The notes beneath the pieces are model-generated. The model made no database searches and had not been told where the DNA came from. It saw only the letters and a list, made by a program, of their open reading frames with translations. 64,000 nt of DNA. It comes from Penicillus capitatus (lineage: Eukaryota; Plantae; Chlorophyta). A program made the translations under genes and the position numbers. The stretch covers positions 1-64,000 of the forward strand of contig OZ287716.1 in assembly GCA_965649825.1 (NCBI GenBank). The letters run 5' to 3'. This document shows positions 25,716 to 38,622 of the stretch, in pieces (position 1 is the first letter of the stretch; each line of letters starts with the position of its first letter).

Positions 25716-27805
25716 ATGAGTACCGAAGCAATCAATGGAGACATTACTCCGGCGAAAAAGAAGACGCGAAAGCATTCAGTCAACAAATTCGCGCTCTCCT
25801 GTTCACATAACAAGACGCAGAAGACAGAACGAGATGCAAATCCTTCTGCCAATCATCGCCGGAGGGCAAAGTCGAACAGCAACGGTGAGAAAAACGCTCC
25901 ATGGGGAGGCCCAGCACGCGCTTCGGTCAGCAAGACCACTTTGAGAGAATATGTACAAAAAACTGCCTGACGCATCGGGATGTGTTGTTTCTAGTACATG
26001 CTTTCTTGGATCGCTACGGAAGATTGGAGCACATCCTCAATCACCCGCAAGAGGAGCGGATCTGCTTTATTCATAATCATAAGATTGTCCGCGCGGTGAA
26101 AGTGTACATCAATATCTACCATCTTTGGCAGAGCTGGGTGAATCGTGAGTAGAGCGACCACTTAAGCGTGTCGTTCGATACGGTTTCTTCTAGGAACACT
26201 AAGGAGTGTTGGGCTGGGAGGAGGCTATCATACTGCTATCGAGGTCTTTGGGAGAGAATTTCATTTCGGCTGCTGTCCACAAATCGATGCTGGTATCTTT
26301 GAATCGGTGCCTTTGCACCAGATACAGAGATGTAGAGCAGCCGACAACGATTCTCCGAAGAATGACGCGATCGGTGTGTTCCTCAGCGCACATGATTCCA
26401 TATTTCCTTGGTAACAGGTGACGAAGCCTGGATCGGCACCGAGATGGCTTCACGAATGGGTCCCCTCAAACAAAGACACGTTATTGGTCTGTGGTCAGGC
26501 AGTCAAGCCGATTTTGAGATCTTGCTGCGTCATCTCAAGGAAGAGGTGGGGTCCTCATGTCATGCAAGCTAAGGCGAAATCGGGTGTTCGACAGGGAAAC
26601 TGGAAAGGACTCAATTATCGACTTCTTTCTTTTAACTGCAACCACTTTGTTCGAGATGCTTGTCAAACTTTGCTACAGCATTCAAGACATTTTCATCCAG
26701 CCCGAGGCAAGACCTCATCTGATAGTATGGTAATGAACGATACGGTCGGCTCTCGATGTCCATCAGGCAAGATTCTTAGGTTCCGTCGTATTTGTTCAAA
26801 CTCACGTCATTCTTTAAGTCACGATATATGGCATGTGTGATCGGCGATATTGATGAGTCCGTTATCTCTCTGCCTCCTATATGTTGCTCACGAACTGCAT
26901 GTATGCATAGGGAAGAAGTGCCCCCGACGGTTGAAGAGGAATTCGCGTTTCGAGGCAGAGCACGATTTAGCAAGCCACGAGATTCCCCTTGCTTACGACA
27001 AACCACAAGTGTGTTTGAAATTGGAACAGTCTGTCCCGATGACCCTGTGCCATCAACAAGAAGGCAATCGCTTCCAGAGCTGAGGAACCTACGAATTCAA
27101 GCACTGGAGCGAAAGACAGGAATGCACAAGGGACAGAGAATACCAACAGAGAAGGGATATACATTACTGACGTCATCTGTACACAAAGACTGGCGTTGTG
27201 TGGGTCCTTCAACGTCATTGCCATACACTGTAGAGCACTGTTGCTGCATTCATTTTATTCAGAGCGTGTTCTGGTAGGACTCCATCGAAAAATCAACATG
27301 GGAGAGAACCGAACAATCGACGCTGTTCAGCATGTCGGATTCTGACGCACCCCTCCACAGAAGCGAGATGCATAGCCACTCCACAGTTCTCGTGGACCCT
27401 TTCATTTCTCCGAGAACAGCGGACATGTCTGTCAATGATGCAAGTGCATCATCGCCTTCAAAGGCAAAAGTCGTCCGAACTTCGGGTTCTCGATCCGACG
27501 AGAGACAGTCACGTCTGAGGCGCTCTTCGAGTCTGCAATTTATCGATCCGCCTGCGAGTGCTGCTCCAAGTCCGCGCGCATCAGGACTGAGCCGTCCACA
27601 GCAGCGGCAAAGATCCAGTCGCCGAAAAAAGCACCAGAGTCTTTGGTCAGAATCCGAACATTTGCTGAAGGATGCGTCAATGTTCACAAAGGGGGCTTCC
27701 TTTGGAGAAATCTGCCAAAAAAGAGAAAACACCGTGTTCCCTGATGCGAAGAAGAAACGTCAAGAAGGAACGAACTTGAGTCTACCAGCTCGCTCTCTCC
27801 AATGA
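25716..27805 (+). CDS. PPPDE/DeSI-family peptidase with long disordered extensions
   Basis: VYINIYHL, GGGYHTAIEVFGREFHFG (catalytic His) and YRLLSFNCNHF (catalytic Cys), then VPSYLFKL. The 27332-27805 ORF is preceded in frame by an acceptor at about 27277. Start codon uncertain. Confidence 0.8.
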
Positions 27806-27964
27806 ATCCGCTCTGAGTGGAAGACGAAGAAGTCGCCAAGGAAATAACGAATACGGATCTTGCTTAGCGTTTGCAAATAATAATCTGGATCATTGTTAGA
27901 CAACAAGTTCGAAGATTCTCACTGGGTTCTGCTAGGCCAAATCACTTCGCTTTATACATATAGG

Positions 27965-29521
27965 TTAAGAGCATGTGTACGCGCATGCAGCTGGAGTGTT
28001 TTCTCTTTTTCTTCTTGACATAGGACGGTGATTGCTGGGTAGTCCATTTAAGCTGTCACTGAGGATGAAGTACGAATTTGTGCAATGCCTTTCTGTGATA
28101 CATGTCGCTTTTCCAATCGGCTGATCTATTGGACGCTGTGGAGTGTCTGATTTGTGGCAGGGATTGGAGATATTTGTGACAGGAAGGACATGACGTCGGT
28201 GGGTCTGTTGATTTTGGGATTTATGACTTTTGACTGGCAGATTTGCGCAGAAGTCTTCAGCATCAGGTGGGGCTCCAACGGTTATAATCGTTCCGTGATT
28301 TTTTATGTTTTCCGCTTTCAAAATCTTGGTAAACGTTGTTTGCGATGCAGTTTCGTGTCTTCCGTTTTATTGGTGCTTATTAATTTTCAGTATCATAACT
28401 ATCAAGTGCGACAACAGAGGATGGGGATGACGCTGTCAACGTCACTCTCCTTGAACTGTTGCCAGGCACTGTATTCTTTTGTTACATATCAATTTCCACT
28501 TAGTGTAGCGCAGTTGTCACTCCTTTCATTCCTCCCCATTCGTACAAGACCTGCCAGTGTAAAGGGAGAAGTAATCTGGATCAAGTAACTGGCGCATCAA
28601 GGACTCGTAGTTCAAGAAACCCGTCGCCTCTGGATCGTAGACGTGATACAATGCCAGTAATGAATCGTCGTCCAACTGCATTCCGAACGATTCAGTCATC
28701 ATGCGAAAGTCTTCCAACTGGATCTGCAGAAGATTGGGATGACGACCAAATTATATTGTACGTGTGTTACCAGTCCCGTGTTTTTGTGGTCGTACATTTT
28801 GAAAAGTTTTCGCAGTTTGAACGCATTGTCGTTTGCATTGCCGAGTTTGGCTTCCAGTCTTTCGCGCATGCGTGCCAACATCTTGCCAAGGCGTTCTCTA
28901 TGATATCACTCAAAATCCAACCACTCAAACCGTGCATGCTGTACGCACTGTCCAACTCGGTTGTAAGAGCCGGCGTAGTGATTCTTTAAACAGACGCCTG
29001 GTTGGGATAGATCATAGTTTCGCATGGGGCTTCGAATGCACTTGCTCTCCTCGAACGGAGCATCGAAATCTGTTGCGTACGATGTCCGAAAGGCGTCAAT
29101 GCGACGGTCGCCTGGACAGCACCAGTGCACGCGATCTGCGGTCTCTCCATGACGTCTGTGCCTTACCGAGTGACACGCTGCTCTTCGGTGGAAGAAACGG
29201 ATCGCGCTTTGCCGTGTGCTGAAGATTCGGCCAGAGATTTTCGGGTCGCGCTTTGCGTCCAACGTCTGGTTGATTGCATGGATCATCCGAATGCGCTTCC
29301 GTCTTTCGGAAGCATTGCGTGCGATTCAATATAAAGCTACCCTCTTCCGGCTGTCGACATTCTTTCTGGCACAGAATCGGCGTCTTCTTGAATGTTTCTT
29401 TGACCCCCTCGACGTATCCGGTATATCTACAGGGCGATCGAAATGCGGCGTCCATTTCGTATCGACGGTACCCCGGAATCTTCCATTCGGTATCCGTAAA
29501 GGGTAGTTTCGTCGTCGACAT
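27965..29521 (-). CDS. EF-hand protein with an N-terminal IPGY-GY (FAM166/CIMIP2-like) motif; probable axonemal microtubule inner protein
   Basis: WKIPGY|TGYVEGVKETFKKTP. EF-hand-like LRKLFKMYDHKNTGLV and LLALYHVYDPEATGFLNYESL. The 3' end is uncertain. Confidence 0.6.
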
Positions 29522-29668
29522 CCTGCGTCGAAGAAATCGATCGCCCTCTGCTGTGATGCATGACATGTCCTGTCACGTCATCGCCCTAAAATGAAACCTT
29601 CTGCTCATTCTCTCCACCTTCGCTTTTGAAAAGTCGCGGTTCACATTGCTCGAGCCTTCGGTCACGTT

Positions 29669-30858
29669 ATGTCGGACGATACCGTCGCGGTATGTCTCGT
29701 CGTCGCGTTTTTCCTTCCACTGTGTCTCGTTGTCATCATGTCTTTGACTTTTCTCGTCGTCCAGGTTTTCTGTGGAAACTTCGAATACGATGCGCGTGCA
29801 AGGGAGATAGAACGCTTGTTCGAAATCTACGGTCCCATCGACAGGGTCGAGATGAAAACCGGTGAGACATTCTTCCTTTCTTCTACACGTCGTAGTCCAT
29901 CAATCAACCGAGACATGAATCCCTTTTCGTTCACACACACGCACTCACTGACTGTCCACAATCCACGTTCTGTCCTCCTTTCCATTCATGCACTCAATCA
30001 ATCAATCAATCACACAACACTCGCATTTAAATCCATCCTCTTCCCTGTCACGAAAGGACAGGTGTACTGTCAACAATGGACGATGTCATGCATCAGTGTT
30101 TTCATTGCTGTTGTCACAGGATTTGCATTTGTCTACATGAAAGATAGGAGAGACGCTGAAGATGCCATTCGTCGACTGGACGGGTAAGTCTATCCGTTAT
30201 GCACAACCTGCATCTACCATCCATCCATTCATCCACCCACTCGCACGCATTCAGATGCGAATTTGGAGGAAAGAGACGTATCCTGAGAGTGGAATTTGCA
30301 AAGGTGATACCGTTGCTGTTATGCTTATCTCTTGATGTGACACTTGTGTGTTTTTTTTTCAATGTAGGCAAAGACAGACAGTCGCCGTCGGGCATCGACA
30401 CCTTCCAATACTCTCTTCGTCGTCAACTTCGATGCACGAATGACCCGGGAGCGTGATCTGGAAGATCATTTTGAGAAATACGGCCGTCTGCTGCGTGTCA
30501 ATATCCGGCGCAACTATGCCTTCGTGCAGTACGAGACCGTGGAGGAAGCCACAGAGGCGCTAAAGCATACAGATGGCATCAACTTCATGGGACGCCCACT
30601 GACAGTGGAGTACTGCATCAATGATGAAAAGAAGGCGCGGCGATCTCCTCCGCCTTATCGTCGGCCGTCACCTCCTCGCTTCAAGTACGTGCGAACGACG
30701 CAGGTCATACGATGTGGCACCGCAGTGCAAACAGGTCTTCGCCTCGTGGCTCTCCCGTCTATCGAAGATATCGATCGAGATCTCGATCCGGAACGAGATC
30801 ACCAAGCCCCTTTCGTCGCAGTCGTAGCAGGACGTTTTCTCCGGAACCCAGATACTGA
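29669..30858 (+). CDS. Plant-type RS-subfamily SR splicing factor with two RRMs (RS31/RS40-like)
   Basis: VFCGNFEYDAR...MKTG|FAFVYMKDRRDAEDAIRRLD; TLFVVNFD...RNYAFVQYET; RS-rich tail RYRSRSRSGTRSPSPFRRSRSR. Stop at 30856-30858. Confidence 0.92.
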
Positions 30859-32174
30859 AGCACATCTTGCTGATTGAAAGCTGCTGATGCGTTTGTGAAG
30901 TGACGACGTGTTTTTTGACGTGTCTTGTATCTATCTGGAAGAGATTTGCGCGTTTGTGCTGTCGTCGTTTTTTCCGGATCACTCGATCTCTGCAACGTTC
31001 CACGGGCATTGGCGTCTTCTTCACGCCTTCTGCCTAAATTTGAGTTGCTATAACAAAACAGTGCATAGTTAGAGGCACGTTCAGCAAAGTGCACGCACGC
31101 TGTTCGCGTTGGAAAGATGCACACAGTCACCTACGAAAGTGATCGGCATAAGGAACCTTGCCACACATGCATATGCATATCTCCTCGGTTCACGTGGTAT
31201 AGGACACAATGATTACCGCTGAACTGTGGGACGAGTGGCTCACAGAAGGCGTGGAATATGAAATAATAATGAACGCGAGTTCGCATTTCTCGTGGACAGG
31301 GACACTGGCTGTGTCAATAGAGATACGGAGCGCAAGACAGACACAAAGTGAGAGAGACTCCTGCGTAGACGGGTTTCTGTGACCCTGAGAACCAAAAGTA
31401 TTGTCGTCAGTTCTGTGTGGACATTACGTCCAAAGACCTGCGGATGACGATGTCAGTTTCGTCGTCTGCCCGAAGTTATGTCCCGCGTCGAAATATTCAA
31501 ACAGATCTCTCAAAGAAAATTCAAATTCAGGGGTACGCAACCAACAGTCTCTTGGCAATGCGCCGTTCTGCTTCGAGACAGATGCGGGTCCGCCAACTAT
31601 TCTAGAAATAAGCTTATTGAGCAGTTAGTCTTGAACATGATTCTTACAAGGTGTGTACACCAATACTTAAACACACACGAGAATGGCACATCGTCGAGAC
31701 GAAAGACGGTAGATCGGTGCTCGATTCTGCTATTTCTCAGTCTTTGTCCATGCATAAGAAGGTCGCAGTGAAGTTTTTTGTCTAGCGATTTTCGTTATCG
31801 GTGGACGAACTCGGTAATAGCAGTGTATTAATTCCAAGAATCAATAGTGTGACAAACCACGGGAGCGATTACACATCGAAGACGGTGTCCAGGACTGACG
31901 CCGTCTCTATGTCCAACATTTCTGTCCGAGAATCTTCAAAGTGATGTATTTGTTTCCGGGAATGAAGTCGCTGAGATGCAAACGTCTTGTCTTTATGACT
32001 GTCTTTCTTGTCGGTTCAGTGCGAGACATATGGCAAAGTGATTCTTTCAAAGAAACGTATACCTCACAGCGCAGCCGATCATCCGCATTAGATTAGACGA
32101 GTTACGTATGCATTGTCAACGCTGAACCCCCAACCGAGTGTGTATCGCCTTTTTCGTCTGTTTAGCACTGCAAC

Positions 32175-33934
32175 ATGAGTAACAAACTTGAGTATTCGGA
32201 AAGGGTGCTGTCGAATCCCGCCGGCGGATCTATTGAGGTTCATGCGAGCCGCAGACTGTCTTGCACGTCTTCTTCTCTCTGCAGTTGCGCATTAAGGAAT
32301 TTCGTAAGTTCAAACATCAAGACATGTTTCAGAACGAACCCTTTGAGCTCGGCGGTGTTCAATGGTACCTTGGCATCCATCTTTGACTCTTCCTCAATGT
32401 ACCATCTGCAGGAGACTGTTATTGTTTCGTCTTTGGGAGTTGTCGGAGACAGGTCCGAATAACGAGAAACTCATGGCGCGCCTGCTGCCGTGCACAAACG
32501 CTACTCTTGACTGCGAATACAACGTTTCTTTCCGAAACCGACAGGACCCTTCGAAGTGTCATTCTGAGACAGGTGGCATGATATTCATCGCCATCTACTT
32601 GACATGGGTGTCTCTGTCAGTCGAATGGTATATCACCAATGCTTACGCCACTCGGCTGTGGGCCTGGTCACACACAGACCTCGTAGATTATCAAGATATT
32701 GTCGAACCTGGGTCCGGATTTCTCTTAGAAGGAACTCTGGTTGTGTCGGCAGAGATAAGGAGAATCATAACGAGGCAAGATGAGTTAGAAAATTTGTTCA
32801 ATACGTTGACGATGGAGACGGATCTGACTCTCTGCAACATCGAGTTCATTGGACTGCCGACGATTCTCGATCGGATGGATCACAAGAAGACCTACGGCAT
32901 TGCCTCGACCTCCAGGAAAAGAATGCGTGTCGTCCACGCTGCCTCGACGCTCAATGTCTTACTGAATGTTCGTTAATCTTCGATGGTCGGTCGCTCTGGA
33001 AGTTTGCAATGCGTGTAGGAAGTGCCCTGCCGTGTCTGGCTTTGCGATCAGTCTCCGAGTGGGAAAGTCTTCATACGGCATTGCCTCAACAAGATGCCGG
33101 AGACGATAACACTCCGCGACATTGCTGAAGTCCGCGGTGATGGGCAACTGTGGGCTCTGCTGTATGTAGAGCACGATCTGAGTGAAACCCGTCGGCCAGT
33201 AAGTGACAATACCTCGATGATCTTCTGCAAGCTATACGATCCGGAAGCGTCAACTCTGACCTTCATCGGACATATCTTGATTGACGGAGACAGACGGTGC
33301 TTCAACCTCTTCTCCGAAATCGCCGATCTTGCTGCTTTGTCTACTGGAACGAAGTTCAACCTGTACCTTGAGATGGGCGAGCTGAGCGTCAAAGAGATCA
33401 CGAATCCTTTCGAATCTCTCGACGGAGTAAGCGATCTGCCAGTGGAGGAAATAAAGACGATCTCCTTTCTAGAATGGATTGGTCTCTGGTTCGGTCATCG
33501 TGATCCGTCTCAGAGAGGGAGAGGAGGAGGTATCCGAGGTGACCGTACAAAACGAGCTCTGCCTCATCTATGCCGAGGGTCTGGGTCTATCCGACGATGG
33601 AGAAGAGATAGAGGACTATGCGCCGGAACCGACAGCCGAGGTGTGCCGATCTCTGTCAGATGCACTCGAGCTGTTCTGGTGTCGCAGACGTCTGAAGAGG
33701 AGGAGGACGATGACGCGAATCTGTGCGTCGTCTGCCTATTTCAGCCCAGGACAGCAGGTTTTGTGCACGGAACATCGTATGCACTCTCATGCCCTCTTCT
33801 CATTTCCATCTCATGCCTCCAGGATGCATCGCTGTGTATGTGAGGATTGCGCAAAGCAGATTAATCAAACAGCAGATCCAAGATGCCCCATGTGTCGTGC
33901 CGAGATTCAGCACACTATTTTTGAAATGTTTTGA
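32175..33934 (+). CDS. MATH + USP7/UBP12-type UBL region + C-terminal MDM2-type RING; putative E3 ligase
   Basis: MATH: EFRKF...EPFELGGVQW...WAWSHTDLVDYQDIVEPGSGFL-EGTLVVSAEI. UBL-like: MIFCKLYDPEASTLTFIGHILI...FNLYLE. RING: CVVC-x10-HGTSMHRCVCEDC-x11-CPMC. Confidence 0.8.
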
Positions 33935-34980
33935 CAAGAGAATGCGTTCTGCATGTGGGGAGAAGCACATCCAAGAGAATTGGATTTCCTTTCCAGTCAC
34001 AAGGATCGTCGCGTTATCTGGTCGCATGTGAAATGCGAATTGCGTGGGACAACCGACGAATGAGTTTTATCCAGTGAAATGACTCAACTGTTATTCCTTC
34101 CTTGCATTGTGTCGTGTACTTTGACACTTCTAAGTTTTTGACTGTCATGTTGCCAGTTCTGAAGTGTTATCTGTTCTTAAGTGTTATTTATGTTCATGAA
34201 AAACAATGACAAAAATTTTCATCCTGTGATTTGCGACTTAGACCTTTTCGCATCGCCCGAAGGGCATACCCAATCGTCAGTCGTCGAAATGGGCGTTTGC
34301 ATTGAATGCAGTTGTATCCGACTGGACGCGTCAAGTTGAAACGACGCCGCTGTTCCTTTTGCGTCCAAGAGGGACATGAACGCAGAGATATGTAATTGGA
34401 GTATCGACGACTGTGGGCAGAGCATTCTTGAAAGTGCCCATACCCGAGTGCGTCATGTACATCTGTCACGTCATCGAATGCGCAGCCAAATGACTTCAAA
34501 AGACGGTGGCAAGTCGGCGAAATACGCGCAAAGATGTAGCACAGCCTAGGTCCGATCCTCCGTGATAAGAGCAACGCATTCCATCGGAATTCCGCCGCAG
34601 AAATGAAATACATCGACACTCGAACCAGTAAATACTTTTGTTGAAAACGAGTGATTCGTGTTATCCTCTCTTTTAATGAATTCACACATTGCGCAATCCA
34701 CAAGGGTCTGTGATCCACACGGCGACGACTGCGCGCGCGTGTGTCTATCCAACACACACTCTCTCTCAAAGAAAGGCTCGTATATGCTAGAGTTTCGAGA
34801 TGAAAGAAAACGGCCGTGTGCCTGAGTACGGCAGCCTCTTGCTTCTGCCGTCTTTGGGAGAGTCGTCACCGAGTACAATTTATGCATCTGCAAAGCGGCT
34901 GATTCGATTTTGGATCGACCATTGTGTTGTCGAGTGTGACTCTTGACGAACACCGTGTATGTCAACGACCAGCATGGCAC

Positions 34981-37076
34981 ATGGACTCGCCGCAGACACG
35001 AACCGCGTGCAGGTTATGGCGTTTGTCTTAAAGATGCAACGACAACGACAAGCAATCACGCATACAGGTCGTTGTTCGCACGCGTCCCTCTCGGACACAT
35101 GAACTGCACGAGCCCGTCTGCGTCTCCTGTCCGTCAAATGGGCAGACGCTGCAGATCAAACAAACAAAAGACCTCGGAGGAAACAGAGAGGCAGAAGAGG
35201 CGCGCGTCTACACGTTTGACGCCTGCTTTAGCGGTTGTGTATCACAGGTAGGCTCGGATCCATATCTCGCTCGCACTTTAACGATCCCGTTGCTTCAGGA
35301 AGAGCTCTATACTCGTTGCAAGATTCGATCTCTTGTCGAGTCAGCCACGGAAGGATACATAGCGACTATCCTTGCTTTCGGCCAGACAGGATCTGGCAAG
35401 ACGTTCACGACACTGGGAATGCGATTTGGACCCGGTCCTGCATCAGCAACGCATCCAGATTCCCTCGTCCCCAGCGACGGCATCCTGCTTCGGGCCGTTT
35501 TTGACGCAATAGAGATGATGAGGGCGGCGAAATGGAGCCTGGAGGTATCTCCTGTTCGTGATACCTACCTTCTCGTCATGCAATACTCGCAGATGCGACT
35601 GTCATGTTGCCAGATCTATAATGAATCGGTGACGGATCTGTTGGCAGACGATGGTGGTCGAAACAATGTACTCCCTGTGCGTTTTCGACGCGATCTCGGT
35701 GCCTTTGCCGTCAGAGGATTGACAGAAGCGTCATGTGACGAAGCCAGAGAGGTCGTCGCCAAACTTCGCAAAGCTTTGGCCAAGAGACATTGTCATGCCA
35801 CCCGTGTCAACAATCAGTCATCGCGCAGCCACTGCTTGATCACAATGCACTTCTGCTCTCGCAAACATGGTATCCGCAGGTCATTCACATATCTCTCACA
35901 CCTCTGTCTGCACTCGCTCAAATGGACAGATGCGGAAAATTCTCGATTGTCGATTTGGCAGGCAGCGAGAGATTGAAAAGCGCAGAACATGTGAGTGCGC
36001 AAGCGATCCGAGAAACCCGATGCATCAATCGAAGCTTATTTACTCTGGCACAGGCAGAGAACATCATGTCAAATGCTCCGAGGGGCGGATCGCTGTGTGG
36101 TAGGTGCTTTCGGCGGCTCGATCGATGTCCAAGAATCGACGCCGAGAAGTTCCCTATCGCGAGAGCAAGTTGACGCAGTTGTTGTGGGATGGCCTTCGAG
36201 GTCGCGGACGAACACTGATGATCGCGTGCTGCACTCCTTTTCTCCGACACTTGGCTGAGACATTACACACATTACATTATGCCAGCACGGCCATTCGTAT
36301 CAAGACCGTTCCTCAAATCGTCGCGGATTCACAAGAACAGCTGATTCGGAAACTGAGATGGGAAATAGCGAAGCTAAAACGAGAGAACGTGGAACTTGTG
36401 GAGAAGCTGCAAAGAGCCTCGCAACAATCTCCCCGTGCGGAAAACGATGCTCTGCTCACAGATTATTGCAGTCGAGGCAGAGACCTCCCTCAATGTGCAG
36501 CAACGGAAGGCGATGCCGTCGCTCTGTCGATGAATCCAGATGACGAGCAACTTGTCCTCGATGCCGTTGGCAATGCAGCGTCGACAGTCAACGAGGACAC
36601 GCCTCACGTTGTTGATGATGACGAGAAAAACAACGCCGTGATGTTTGAAGAGGTCTTTCAAGGAGGTAAGCGATCGAACAAATGAGAATCTCGTGTGCAT
36701 TGACTGGTTGCAAGATCATGAAGCCGAGTTGCCGTCGCTGAACACATTCGTCGGCAGTGATGTGGGTTGCTGCGAGGCCCCCAAGATGAACAAACGAAAG
36801 CAGGATGACGGCAAGGTCACTCTGCCCAGATCCGTTCCAGAGAAATCGCCATACAGTGCAGCGTTGGCCCAACGCAGTCCATACGTTCAGCGAATTGCCT
36901 TCGGTGGCACGAGACACAGAAGACGTCCGATTCAGCCCACTTCTGCTCTAGAGGCATTTCAGTCGAGAATCGTGAGAGAACTGAATCAGACGAAGAGGCA
37001 GATCAAGAAACAGCGAGAGAATCTAGCGAAGAAGGTGCAAAATTCGAAGCGTCTAGAACAAGAATGGGTCAGTTGA
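34981..37076 (+). CDS. Kinesin motor, KIF12-like (kinesin-16), with C-terminal coiled coils; start codon uncertain
   Basis: IQVVVRTRP, YTFD, AFGQTGSGKT, NNQSSRSH, IVDLAGSER and VPYRESKLTQLLWDGLRGRGRTLMIAC. GC-AG intron at 36054-36103. Confidence 0.88.
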
Positions 37077-37116
37077 GATCGAAAACGAGTCCTTCATTTT
37101 TGTCAGCCTTCTCACA

Positions 37117-37121
37117 TGTAA
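37117..37121 (+). terminator. TGTAA poly(A) signal downstream of the kinesin
   Basis: 40 nt after the stop at 37076. Confidence 0.5.
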
Positions 37122-37248
37122 AGACACCTCGCGCGATAGGATTCGTCCTCGTCGTCACTTCCTTCGATCAACCGTCGTACATGACAAACGTCTACATTCT
37201 CAACTCAAGTTCCATACCTGACGTCACTTTCTTAAGACGCAGAAGAGA

Positions 37249-38587
37249 ATGAGCGCCGAAGAAAAGACAAAAGCTTTTCGGTAATGGACAAAAAATAGAC
37301 ACGCCACAATGCGCGACTTTGTTTAGATTGTTCGACTTCGAAAACAACGAACGCTGGAAGGAGTATTTGCTTCGAATCGATATCTCCGGGCCTGGTTACA
37401 ACGAAAAACTGTTGAAACTTAAGGCCAAATGGTACAAGAGAGAAGTGGTGAGCACAGAGAGCAATACTAAACACGAGGCACGACCTTCATACAGGACGCT
37501 GACTTTGACTTGACATGGTTGGCGAAACATGGAGCGGCAGATCTGAACAGTTCAGCATCTACAGCCACTCGTAATGGAGGTCACTCTTTAACGCGTCCAA
37601 TCCTCTGTGTGACCACGGATGGGCTTTAGGAGGCGGACAGAGCAGTTCAGCTGCACCATCTCCTGATTCTGCAACCTCTGCACCGCGTTCGACCATGCCG
37701 CCGCAACAGAAGCGGCAGCCATTGACCATCACGGCATTGCATTTTGCTGTAACGGCTATTCTTTACTTCTAGACGACACAAGCGTTTCTCTGTATCTAGA
37801 TCCTGATCACAGGACTGGTAAGTCTGCTGCCTCTCTGTCCGCGATCGATCCATCGAATCTTCCTTCAGCTTGTTGTTCGTAAGTACATGTCATTTTACTC
37901 AACGGCATTGCGTGAGCTGCGTGACAGTGTCGTCTATTTTGAAGATCGGGCACCAGTTTGGATGGCCGAAATTCACTCCGCTCAGCGAGTTGAAGGTCTG
38001 GGTCAGTCGGGTGATGAGCACTACTGACTGTCAGTATGGATTCATGGCACTCCTCTTCTTCCGACATATCCCGACACGTCTCGTCTTTATCCCTTCGACC
38101 ATCTTGGCGGCTTACCATGCATTTCACTTTCTCAATGGTCGTTTCTCAAACCGTGCACTCTGGAAGCGTTACGGAGAAAAGGCCTTCACGTTCATGGCCT
38201 CCCGTCAAGTATGCATCACCACAATCGTATGCAGACGATGTGACAAATGTCCCTTTTGGCAGAGTGATGCTGCGCTGCTCAATGCCGTGTCCGAAATTGG
38301 GACAGGCTTTGTGATGCTCCTGCAGATGTTCACGCCGACGAGGAACGTGCTTATCACCGTTATGTACTGGCAATGGCTACGCATGCGTTACTGGTCACCC
38401 GATTCCGCCGCCATCCATCGCCAAGTCTCTCTCCATCACACTCAACGCCTATCTCATTCCCCACTCGCTCTTTTTACAGGCATGGGTCAATATTGGACAC
38501 AAAGTCGATCCTTTGCTAAAGATGGTTCCCATTCTCCGCATTCCGATCAATCTCGTACAAAGATGGTTCACACAACGCCCTGTTTAA
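37249..38587 (+). CDS. TMEM33: TMEM33/Pom33 (UPF0121) ER membrane protein
   Basis: Hydrophobic segments ending EIGTGFVMLLQMFTPTRNVLITVMYWQWLRMRYWSP. N-terminal FDFENNERWKEYLLRIDI segment. Stop TAA at 38585-38587. Confidence 0.7.
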
Positions 38588-38622
38588 TCGAGTCGATTGT
38601 TCTGTGATGCGCTGAATCGACG

